A DNA stretch of 64,000 nt from Candidatus Omnitrophota bacterium (GTDB lineage: Bacteria; Omnitrophota; Omnitrophia; Omnitrophales; Aquincolibacteriaceae), in contig JAKLIQ010000006.1 in the NCBI GenBank assembly GCA_022709525.1, forward strand, positions 66,708-130,707, given 5' to 3'. The translations under genes were made by a program, and so were the position numbers. The notes beneath the pieces were generated by a model that did not search any database, was not told where the DNA came from, and saw only the letters and a list, made by a program, of their open reading frames with translations. Shown here piece after piece: positions 17,862-25,226 of the stretch (positions within the stretch are counted from its first letter, which is position 1; every line of letters starts with the position of its first letter).

Positions 17862-18998
17862 ATGGCCAAAGGTCTCTACGTCCATATCCCGTTCTGTCAA
17901 ACGCGGTGCCACTACTGCAATTTTGTCACGACGGCGGATCATTCTCCGGTCCTGCAAAAACGGTTTTTTGATGCCCTTTCTACGGAGATAAAATATGCCC
18001 GTAGTCGCTTCGGGAAACTTGTTTTTGATACGCTTTATTTGGGCGGCGGAACCCCTTCAAGCTTAAGCATTCCCGAGATATCACGCCTTGTCGCGGAAGT
18101 CCGTTCCGCATTCGATTTTCGAAGGGATTTTGAATTTACGATCGAATTCAATCCCGGCGACGGGGAGGAGACAAAACTCAAAGAGTTCCACGCTCTTGGC
18201 GTCAACCGCGTCAGCTTAGGATGTCAGGCCTTTCAGGACGAACTTCTCAAAAGGCTCGGTCGCCGGCACACCGTCGAAGATATTATCAAAACTATTAACG
18301 CGGTCCGGCGCGCAAAGATCGAAAACATCAGCTTCGATCTTATGTTGCGGTTGCCCGGTCAAACCAGGGAAGATTTTAACCAGTCTCTTCAAAGATGCGT
18401 TGAGCTTGGCGCCTCCCAGGTTTCGCTTTACGATCTCGAAGTTCACGAAAAGACTCCATTCGGCAAGTTACAACAAGCAGGAAAACTTGGATTACCGGGC
18501 GAGGATGAGCATGCGCGCATGTATGAAGACGCGATAAAGATACTTTCGGATGCCGGCTATGAGCATTATGAGATCTCCAATTTCGCGAAACCCGGCATGG
18601 CTTCGCGGCATAACCTGATCTATTGGCATAATGAAGAATATCTAGGGCTTGGGCCGGCGGCTTTCAGCTATCTCGAAGGCGTTCGTTTTCAGTTCGCTCC
18701 GGGACTTGAAAGCTATCTTGAAAAATGTGAGGCCAAGGATTGGAAGAATAATATCGAGGACAGGCTTTCGGAAGAAGAAAAGGAAACCGAGACCTTTGTC
18801 ATGGGCTTGCGTTTAAAAGAAGGCATTCCAAAAGAAAAGTGCCCGGAAGTTTTTAAAAGGCTTCAAGGCAGAATCAAAACTCTTTGCGACGAGGGGCAAA
18901 TGAAATTTACCGGTAACACCCTATGGCTTACCGAGCGCGGGAAATTCTTGGCTGAAGAAGTATTCGGTTTTTTGCTCGAAAAGGAAATGGCAAAATAA
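17862..18998 (+). CDS. hemW: radical SAM heme chaperone HemW (HemN-like, oxygen-independent coproporphyrinogen-III oxidase family)
   Basis: CQTRCHYC radical-SAM cysteine triad near the N-terminus; 378 aa, the HemW size class. Confidence 0.8.
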   Translation: MAKGLYVHIPFCQTRCHYCNFVTTADHSPVLQKRFFDALSTEIKYARSRFGKLVFDTLYLGGGTPSSLSIPEISRLVAEVRSAFDFRRDFEFTIEFNPGDGEETKLKEFHALGVNRVSLGCQAFQDELLKRLGRRHTVEDIIKTINAVRRAKIENISFDLMLRLPGQTREDFNQSLQRCVELGASQVSLYDLEVHEKTPFGKLQQAGKLGLPGEDEHARMYEDAIKILSDAGYEHYEISNFAKPGMASRHNLIYWHNEEYLGLGPAAFSYLEGVRFQFAPGLESYLEKCEAKDWKNNIEDRLSEEEKETETFVMGLRLKEGIPKEKCPEVFKRLQGRIKTLCDEGQMKFTGNTLWLTERGKFLAEEVFGFLLEKEMAK

Positions 18999-19061
18999 TG
19001 CGTTTTTGTACTATATTGGAGCACTGCATTTTTCAATAGATTCATCACCAAGGAGATCAAG

Positions 19062-19748
19062 ATGAAAAACACAAAAAAGATCTTTTTTGCGGCCGTTTTT
19101 CTTTGCTTAACCTTAGCGGTTTTGGTTCACGCCGAAGAAGCCAAGACGGAAAAAAACGTTCCGGCCGTTTCTCAAGATAAGGTGGCCGTGGCCCAAGTCG
19201 TTCCGGTTCGTAACACCACACTCGATAATCTCCAGGAAGCTTTTAACGGAGAAAAGAACGCCAACGCCCGCTATCTCGCGTTCGCCAAGAAAGCCGACGA
19301 GGAAGGCTACGGAAAGGCCGCCAGTCTTTTCAGGGCGGCCGCGCGGGCCGAGCAGATCCATTTCGAGCGCCATGCAGCGCTCATCGAAAAAATGGGCGGG
19401 ATCCCGGCGACCCGGCTTGAAGCGCCGGTCGTCAAACGCACCATGGAGAATCTTCAAGCCGCATTTGACGGTGAGACTTACGAATCCACCAGAATGTATC
19501 CGAAATTCGTTAAAAAAGCGAAAGCCGACAAGAATGAAGACGCCATGGATTCCTTTGAGGACGCCGAGAAGGCCGAAGCCGTTCATGCCGGTCTTTATAA
19601 GAAGGCCATGGATAATCTGAAAGCTTGGAAGGGAAAAAGCGGCAAATTCTATGTTTGCGGGTTCTGCGGGAATGTCACCGAAAAAATGAATTTTAAGGAA
19701 TGTCCGATTTGCGGCAGGAGTAAAAAGATCTATATCGAGGTTCGCTAA
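19062..19748 (+). CDS. rubrerythrin with N-terminal Sec signal peptide
   Basis: Ferritin-like di-iron domain (two ExxH-type helices: EQIHFERH, EAVHAGL) plus a C-terminal rubredoxin-like CGFCG...CPICG. The N-terminus MKNTKKIFFAAVFLCLTLAVLVHA is a classical signal peptide. Confidence 0.8.
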   Translation: MKNTKKIFFAAVFLCLTLAVLVHAEEAKTEKNVPAVSQDKVAVAQVVPVRNTTLDNLQEAFNGEKNANARYLAFAKKADEEGYGKAASLFRAAARAEQIHFERHAALIEKMGGIPATRLEAPVVKRTMENLQAAFDGETYESTRMYPKFVKKAKADKNEDAMDSFEDAEKAEAVHAGLYKKAMDNLKAWKGKSGKFYVCGFCGNVTEKMNFKECPICGRSKKIYIEVR

Positions 19749-19773
19749 AGCCGGAATTGGAGCGCCCTAAAAT

Positions 19774-19810
19774 AAAAAAAGGCCTGATCCAAAAGATCAG
19801 GCCTTTTTGT
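19774..19810. terminator. bidirectional rho-independent terminator (rubrerythrin + / gpmA -)
   Basis: AAAAAAAGGCCTGATC-caaaa-GATCAGGCCTTTTTGT. Confidence 0.8.
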
Positions 19811-19824
19811 TGGGAAATCTAAAT

Positions 19825-20574
19825 TTATTTCTGGGCTTTTCCCTGGCTGGCGACGGCTTCCATCGCGGCCTTGATCTTTTCCTGGTCTCCCAGATAGTAA
19901 TGCTTGATCGGCTTGAGGTTCTTATCCAGTTCATAAACGAGCGGGATGCCGGTCGGGATATTCGTCCCCACGATCTCTTCTTCGGAAATATGATCCAGAT
20001 ATTTCACAAGCGCGCGAAGGCTGTTGCCGTGCGCCGCGATCAGGACTTTTCTGCCCGCCTTGATCATCGGAGAGGCGACATCGTGCCAGAAGGGAAGGAC
20101 GCGGGCGACGGTATCTTTAAGACATTCCGTGAGCGGAAGATCGCTTTTTCTTAGAGCTGCGTAACGCGGGTCCTTGGCCGGGTTGCGGGGATCGTTCTCC
20201 TCAAGCGGCGGCGGCGGGGTATCGTAACTGCGGCGCCAGATCTTGACCTGCTCTTCGCCGTATTTGGCCGCCATTTCCGATTTATTGAGGCCTTGGAGCG
20301 AGCCGTAATGGCGTTCATTCAATCGCCAGTCTCGGATCACGGGGATCCACATGAGGTCCATCTTATCCAGCACGATCCAAAGCGTCCGGATCGCGCGTTT
20401 TAAAACGGAAGTAAAAGCGATATCAAAAGCATAACCTTCTTTTTTTAGCAGTTCACCGCCCTCAGCCGCCTCGCGCAGGCCTTTTTCCGAAAGGTCCACG
20501 TCGGTCCAGCCGGTGAACCGGTTCTCTTTATTCCAGGTACTTTCCCCGTGACGGATCAGAACGAGTTTGTACAT
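19825..20574 (-). CDS. gpmA: 2,3-bisphosphoglycerate-dependent phosphoglycerate mutase
   Basis: [29 protein letters not shown] is the canonical dPGM N-terminus with the catalytic His. Confidence 0.9.
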   Translation of the reverse strand: MYKLVLIRHGESTWNKENRFTGWTDVDLSEKGLREAAEGGELLKKEGYAFDIAFTSVLKRAIRTLWIVLDKMDLMWIPVIRDWRLNERHYGSLQGLNKSEMAAKYGEEQVKIWRRSYDTPPPPLEENDPRNPAKDPRYAALRKSDLPLTECLKDTVARVLPFWHDVASPMIKAGRKVLIAAHGNSLRALVKYLDHISEEEIVGTNIPTGIPLVYELDKNLKPIKHYYLGDQEKIKAAMEAVASQGKAQK

Positions 20575-20624
20575 GATTTACATCTCCTGACACTTGGGTG
20601 AATAGCTGTTTTATGAAGATCGGA

Positions 20625-20666
20625 CAAAAGATATGAGGGGCTGGGGACATTTCCCAACCCCTCATG
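20625..20666 (-). terminator. hairpin + T-run downstream of the tRNA-Asn 3' end
   Basis: On the minus strand: AUGAGGGG-uugggaaauguccccag-CCCCUCAU followed by AUCUUUUG. Confidence 0.6.
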
Positions 20667-20715
20667 AAATATAAGAACTCCCCCGCCTGGGATCGAACCA
20701 GGGACACTGCGGTTA

Positions 20716-21262
20716 CGGTCTGACTTCAGTTACCTGAAGAGTCGGACTTTCTCTTTGCCATATCCAAAATTCAAGGACTTAGGCAGCAGGTGTAAAGTCT
20801 CTGCACTTGCCCTCCGCGCCTTTCGGCGCAGGTGCTAGCTCAGGATTGCCCGCCATGAATCTTTGACGGATTTCCCTGACTTAGCCTGCTTGTCACCTCA
20901 ATGTTTCCATTGAGGGCTGCTAACTTTGAGCGTGAAGTTCCCGATGGCAATTGGCACAAAGCATAATACATTTATCCAACTCCTCCTGGACCCGCTTCCA
21001 GCTTCGCGTATAACCTTTACTGGAAATACTAAAGTCCTTTTGAGCCGGATCACGATGATGAAATTCTAAAGCTTCCATACAACGGGCATATCCACATTTC
21101 TGGCATTTGCCTCCTTTATAATCGACGGCCATGAGGCGGACTTTCTTTCGCCTTGCATGAACCGCTCGTATAAGGTATGGCCTGCGATCGCTGTATCGAC
21201 GCTTATCTTTCTTCATCGATTGCTTTGTGCCCCTTGCACTCGTTTGCTTTGCTCACTCGTGC
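20716..21262 (-). mobile_element. group I self-splicing intron (~547 nt) with HNH homing-endonuclease ORF in the P1 loop
   Basis: The 5' exon ends in U and the intron ends in G. The internal guide sequence GCAGCC pairs with the exon end GGCUGU (6 bp including the U.G wobble). P2 is CUCAAUG-GAAA-CAUUGAG. A P-like GGGAAAUCCGUCAA, an R-like GUGCAGAGACUUUACA, an S-like AAAGAGAAAGUCC, and a P9 CUUCAG-GUAA-CUGAAG hairpin precede the terminal G. Confidence 0.75.
20920..21216 (-). CDS. HNH homing endonuclease (intron-encoded)
   Basis: 98 aa with CQKCGY...EFHHRDP...NLCANCH (HNH/zinc-finger motif). Lies entirely inside the intron; its stop codon UAG overlaps the first nucleotide of the IGS. Confidence 0.75.
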   Translation of the reverse strand: MKKDKRRYSDRRPYLIRAVHARRKKVRLMAVDYKGGKCQKCGYARCMEALEFHHRDPAQKDFSISSKGYTRSWKRVQEELDKCIMLCANCHRELHAQS

Positions 21263-21531
21263 ACAGCCGCATGCTCTACCAGCTGAGCTACAGGGGAAAG
21301 CCCTCGGAGTCCGTTAGGATCTTCCAAGGAAGCCCCCATTATAAAGATTGTCGTTTAGGGGTCAATGGGTGTTTTAAAACGGTGTGTTTTTATTTTGTCA
21401 TGTTGGAGCGGCATAAACGAGAACATAATAATATTCTTTTAATTAATATTTATATTGCAATAAAGCAATATTAAGGTAACCTTCCTTAGCGAGAAAGGCG
21501 CCTTGCGTGTTTATACCAAATATGGTATATT

Positions 21532-21915
21532 ATGAACAACTGTAAAAAAATAAAACCTTTGGATTTCATAGGGTCATCGCGGGAAGACTTAAAAAATTTT
21601 CCCAATGAGGTGAAGGAAGATATCGGGTACGCGCTCTTTGAAGCCCAGCAAGGATGTAAACCGGCATGCGCTAAACCTCTTAAGGGATTCGGAGGGGCAG
21701 GCGTTCTCGAGATCCTGGAAGATCATCGGAGCGGAACTTACCGGGCGGTTTATACGGTAAGGTTCGCCGGCGTTATTTATGTTTTACATTGTTTTCAAAA
21801 AAAATCGAAGCACGGCGTCAAAACACCGCAGCAGGATATAGAATTGATCCGGAGAAGGATAAAAGCGGCGGAAGAAGATCATAGAACTTATTACGAGACA
21901 GGCGGTAAGGCATGA
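21532..21915 (+). CDS. type II toxin, RelE/ParE superfamily (HigB/Gp49-like)
   Basis: 127 aa, upstream of and overlapping by 4 nt an HTH antitoxin gene (reverse TA order, as in higBA). The C-terminal YVLHCFQKKSKHGVKTPQQDIELIRRR is typical of this family. Confidence 0.55.
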   Translation: MNNCKKIKPLDFIGSSREDLKNFPNEVKEDIGYALFEAQQGCKPACAKPLKGFGGAGVLEILEDHRSGTYRAVYTVRFAGVIYVLHCFQKKSKHGVKTPQQDIELIRRRIKAAEEDHRTYYETGGKA

Positions 21916-22253
21916 GCGGAAAAGAAAAAATTCAAAGAGGAAGCGGAAATGTTTTTGCGGATATCGGAGCGGTGTATCCGGATCGCGTCCAGGTCCGCGC
22001 GCAAGTCATGTTCCGAATTGCGGAAATCCTCCGCGAACGGGGATTAACGCAAAAACAGACGACCAAGCTTCTCGGGATCCCTCAATCCAAAGTGTCCTGT
22101 CTCATGAACGGAAAGCTCAGCGCGTTCTCTTTGGATTATCTTTTTAAGATCCTGAACGCGCTCGACAGGGATGTGGAGATCGTCATCCATCCGAAACGCC
22201 GGGAAGAAAGAACGGCAGTGACCCAGGTTTGGCTCAGAACCGCTTTTGCTTAG
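21912..22253 (+). CDS. HTH XRE-family antitoxin (HigA-like)
   Basis: 113 aa; LTQKQTTKLLGIPQSKVSCLMNGKLSAFSLDYLFKIL is an XRE/Cro-type helix-turn-helix. Confidence 0.6.
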   Translation: MSGKEKIQRGSGNVFADIGAVYPDRVQVRAQVMFRIAEILRERGLTQKQTTKLLGIPQSKVSCLMNGKLSAFSLDYLFKILNALDRDVEIVIHPKRREERTAVTQVWLRTAFA

Positions 22254-22377
22254 AATATGCAAATCTTAGCAAAACATCTCTAGTTCGCAATCGACCTCAT
22301 TTGTTTTGATTTTGAAAACAAATGAAGCGTTAGTCCTTGAAGCGAAGCGGAAAGGGATCCCAGGCGGGGAAGTTTTT

Positions 22378-22420
22378 CAAAAGGCGTTGCTGTGGCATGA
22401 TTTGCGGCAACGCCTTTTTT
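22378..22420 (+). terminator. rho-independent terminator
   Basis: AAGGCGTTGC-tgtggcatgatttgcg-GCAACGCCTTTTTTCTTT. Confidence 0.6.
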
Positions 22421-22494
22421 CTTTATGGTCCCAACACCTATCATCCCGCCGTCACAAAGGCGGGACGGGGCCATCCTTGTTGTCATTGTTGAAA

Positions 22495-22526
22495 GAAATC
22501 TTAAACAAGGATGGTATAATCTGTCA
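22495..22526 (+). promoter_or_regulatory. extended -10 promoter (TGgTATAAT) for the downstream APC permease
   Basis: ttgaaagaaatcttaaacaaggaTGgTATAAT; an 8-bp GAATATTC palindrome lies just downstream. Confidence 0.45.
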
Positions 22527-22576
22527 CTGCGAATATTCACGTGGCGGAAAACCTTGTCAATAAGGGCGGGAAGGTG

Positions 22577-23941
22577 ATGGAAAGAAAAAAAGTACTCGGC
22601 TTTTGGGATCTTCTTCTTTTCTCTTTCTGCGCCATTTTCAGCTTCGAAGCCATCTCGACGACGGCTGCCATCGGACCTTCTGCGATATCCTGGTGGTTGA
22701 TCTGCATTGTTGGCTACTTTCTTCCTTTCGGCCTGATCGCCGCCGAATTGGGCTCGACCTATCCGGAGCAGGGCGGTATCTATGTCTGGGTCAAAAAGGC
22801 GATGGGCAGACGCTGGGCGGCCCGCACGACCTGGTGTTATTGGATCGGGCTGCCGTTGTGGTTACCCGCGATGTACATCGCGTTCGCGGAGATCTTGGGG
22901 CATATGTTCTTTCCGGGCATGGGGCTTTGGCACCAGATCCTGGTCGGGATCGTTATGATCTGGATCACTGTTTGGATCAACACTTGTTCACTGGGGACAT
23001 CGAAGTGGGTCACGAACATGGGTTCCGTCGCCAAGATCCTTGTGCTTGTCGGGATGGTCACCGCGGCGGTTTTATGCGTTTTAAGGAACGGTGGTTTGGC
23101 CAACGAAATCACTTTTACCAATATCCTGCCGCATTTGGGCGCCGCGTTCATTTTTTTACCGATGATCATCTATAACTTGGACGGCTGCGAGCTTTTATCT
23201 TCGGCTGCCGGGGAGACGAAAGATCCGGTGCGCGATATCCCAAAAGTCGTGCTTCTTTCCGCCTTCGTGATCGCATCACTCTATTTGATGGCGACACTCA
23301 CGGTTTGGGCTGTGGTCCCGATCAGCGAAATTCATGTTGCGAGCGGGATCCTTCAGGTGTTCCACATCGCATTCGGCGATCAAGGCTTCGGGAGGATCCT
23401 TACCCTGGTCTTCGGTGTGAGCATTCTGATCACCTTTTTCACGGTGATCATCGCCTGGACCCTGGGCCAGAACCGGACGGTTGCCGAAGCCGCTCGGAAC
23501 GGGGAACTGCCCGGAGCGCTCGGAAGGATGAGCGAAAGCATGGCGCCTGTCGGTGCCGCGGTCATCTCGGGGATCATTTCGACCTCCGTGATCGTCCTCT
23601 ACGGTTTTATCGCCCGCAACGCGGGGGAGCTTTTCTGGCACGTGCTTTCCTGCTGTCTTATCGTCGGGCTTGCTTCCTATCTGTTGCTCTATCCGTCCTT
23701 TATTATTCTCCGGCTGAAAGACAGGGACATTGTAAGACCTTACCGGATCCCGGGCCCCGACGGGTTCGCGATCTTTTTGGCGGTGATGGCGGAATTTTTT
23801 GTGATAGGGACCATCCTGATTCTCTTGATCCAGCCGGGACATGATTTTATGAGATCTTCCTTGCCGATCATCGTCGGGGTCGTGATCACGGCGGCTGTTG
23901 GTGAAATCCTCGTGGCCCGCTCCGTCAAAAAAGCCGCGTAA
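22577..23941 (+). CDS. APC-family amino acid permease/antiporter
   Basis: 12-TM APC profile. ATG at 22577 with a GGAAGGTG RBS is preferred over the track's GTG at 22541. Confidence 0.75.
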   Translation: MERKKVLGFWDLLLFSFCAIFSFEAISTTAAIGPSAISWWLICIVGYFLPFGLIAAELGSTYPEQGGIYVWVKKAMGRRWAARTTWCYWIGLPLWLPAMYIAFAEILGHMFFPGMGLWHQILVGIVMIWITVWINTCSLGTSKWVTNMGSVAKILVLVGMVTAAVLCVLRNGGLANEITFTNILPHLGAAFIFLPMIIYNLDGCELLSSAAGETKDPVRDIPKVVLLSAFVIASLYLMATLTVWAVVPISEIHVASGILQVFHIAFGDQGFGRILTLVFGVSILITFFTVIIAWTLGQNRTVAEAARNGELPGALGRMSESMAPVGAAVISGIISTSVIVLYGFIARNAGELFWHVLSCCLIVGLASYLLLYPSFIILRLKDRDIVRPYRIPGPDGFAIFLAVMAEFFVIGTILILLIQPGHDFMRSSLPIIVGVVITAAVGEILVARSVKKAA

Positions 23942-24099
23942 CCCAGGTTTGAGTTGATGGGCTGATTGGATAACTGATCCTGACCCCATCTTGAAGGTTC
24001 TTGTTTCTGACCAATTCGGGAAGCCCCTTTGGCTAATAGGCCGAAGGGGCTTTTTGTTTCTAGGGCTGAAAATGGGTTTTGCCGGGGAAGGCGATCAGG

Positions 24100-25224
24100 C
24101 TATTTTGTGACGGCGATCGATTTGCGGAAAAGCTTCAGACTGTAGATGAAAAAGGCAAGGCCGATCCCGGAGACCATCAGGAATTGGGACCAGACAGCGC
24201 TTAAGCCACCGCCCCGGTAGATGATGATCTGGGAAAAGCTCACAAAATGCCTTGAGGGCAGGAAAAAAGTGAGCCGCTGAAGCCATTGGGGCTGGCTTTC
24301 GACCGGGGTCGAGCCCCCCGAAAGAAGCATCAGGACGAGGACGAGCAGGATATTGAGGAGCGCGAACTGGGCCATGGAGCGTGAGATCGTGCCCAGGAAA
24401 ATCCCGAGCGCCGTCGCGAAAAAAAGATAAAGTATCACGCCAAAAAACCAGAGCAGGTGCGAACCGGCAAAGGGCACTTTGAGCGCCATCTGCACCACCC
24501 CAAAAAGCGAGATCGCCGTCGCGATCAGGATCACAAGGCCGTTGGCCCAAACCTTCGCCATCGCGATCTCAAAGGCGGTCAGGGGCATCACCAGGAGGTG
24601 TTCCAGCGTTCCGTGTTCGCGTTCGCGGATCACCGCGGCGCCGGTGAGGACGATCGTCAGAAGCGAGATCTGGTTGATGATGGCCACCACGCTTAAGAAC
24701 CAGGAGGCCGTTCCGTTCGGATTGAAAAGTTTGCGGATGATCAGCTGCACGGGGGGAGAATCTTCTTCATCCGTGCGTTTCAGGAAATTCGAGATGCGTT
24801 TACTGATGATGTTCTTGATGTAGTTGGTGCCGATCCCGGCCTGCTGCATAGCGGTGGCGTCGATGTTGATCTGGATCTCGGGGTTATGCCCGAAGCGTAA
24901 GTCCTCTTCAAAGCGCGGCGGGATCGCCACCACGAACATAAAAAGCCCCTTATCCATCGAATCCTCGACCTCGCTGGCGCTGATCTTTTTGGGGATCTGG
25001 AAACGCGGCGGGTAAAAAGTATTGAAAAGCTCCTGCGAGAGAGCCGACTTGTCCTCGTCGACAAAAGCGATCGAGGCGTTGTTGACCTCATTGGAGGTGC
25101 CGGTGGCCTGGATGTAGACGGCCATCGTAAAGGCGTAGATCACAAAAAGGATCATCACTTTATCACTGATGAGACTCCGGATCTCTTTAAGTCCGAGCCA
25201 GAGAATATTCAAAAGCGATGTCAT
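24100..25224 (-). CDS. ABC-2 type transporter permease (YhhJ-like)
   Basis: MTSLLNILWLGLKEI... with a large N-terminal periplasmic loop and 6 C-terminal TM segments. It follows the RbbA-like gene. The track start at 25287 would overlap the upstream gene. Confidence 0.75.
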   Translation of the reverse strand: MTSLLNILWLGLKEIRSLISDKVMILFVIYAFTMAVYIQATGTSNEVNNASIAFVDEDKSALSQELFNTFYPPRFQIPKKISASEVEDSMDKGLFMFVVAIPPRFEEDLRFGHNPEIQINIDATAMQQAGIGTNYIKNIISKRISNFLKRTDEEDSPPVQLIIRKLFNPNGTASWFLSVVAIINQISLLTIVLTGAAVIREREHGTLEHLLVMPLTAFEIAMAKVWANGLVILIATAISLFGVVQMALKVPFAGSHLLWFFGVILYLFFATALGIFLGTISRSMAQFALLNILLVLVLMLLSGGSTPVESQPQWLQRLTFFLPSRHFVSFSQIIIYRGGGLSAVWSQFLMVSGIGLAFFIYSLKLFRKSIAVTK

Positions 25225-25226
25225 CA

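Larger units (their letters stand above)
20678..21297 (-). tRNA. tRNA-Asn(GUU), split gene: exon 1 compl(21263..21297), exon 2 compl(20678..20715), interrupted after anticodon position 35 by a group I intron
   Basis: Exon 1 is UCCCCUG-UA-GCUC-AGCUGGUA-GAGC-A-UGCGG-CUGU. Exon 2 is UAA-CCGCA-GUGUC-CCUGG-UUCGAUC-CCAGG-CGGGGGA-G. Together they give a perfect 73-nt cloverleaf: a 7-bp acceptor stem with one G-U pair, a 4-bp D stem, a 5-bp anticodon stem, anticodon loop CUGUUAA, a 5-bp T stem with loop UUCGAUC, and discriminator G. CCA is not encoded. Confidence 0.8.

Noticed and set aside
20678-20919. tmRNA (ssrA) interpretation of the tRNA-like 3' end plus GNRA hairpins, including a possible tag ORF ending ...PAA-stop
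   Set aside because: No GGGG 5' acceptor strand exists anywhere nearby. The matching 5' acceptor/D-arm half is instead found 547 nt upstream and completes a normal tRNA-Asn. The intervening RNA fits group I intron cores better than tmRNA pseudoknots.
21157-21474. Track ORF of 105 aa on the + strand
   Set aside because: It overlaps tRNA exon 1 and the AT-rich spacer in antisense and has no RBS; judged spurious.
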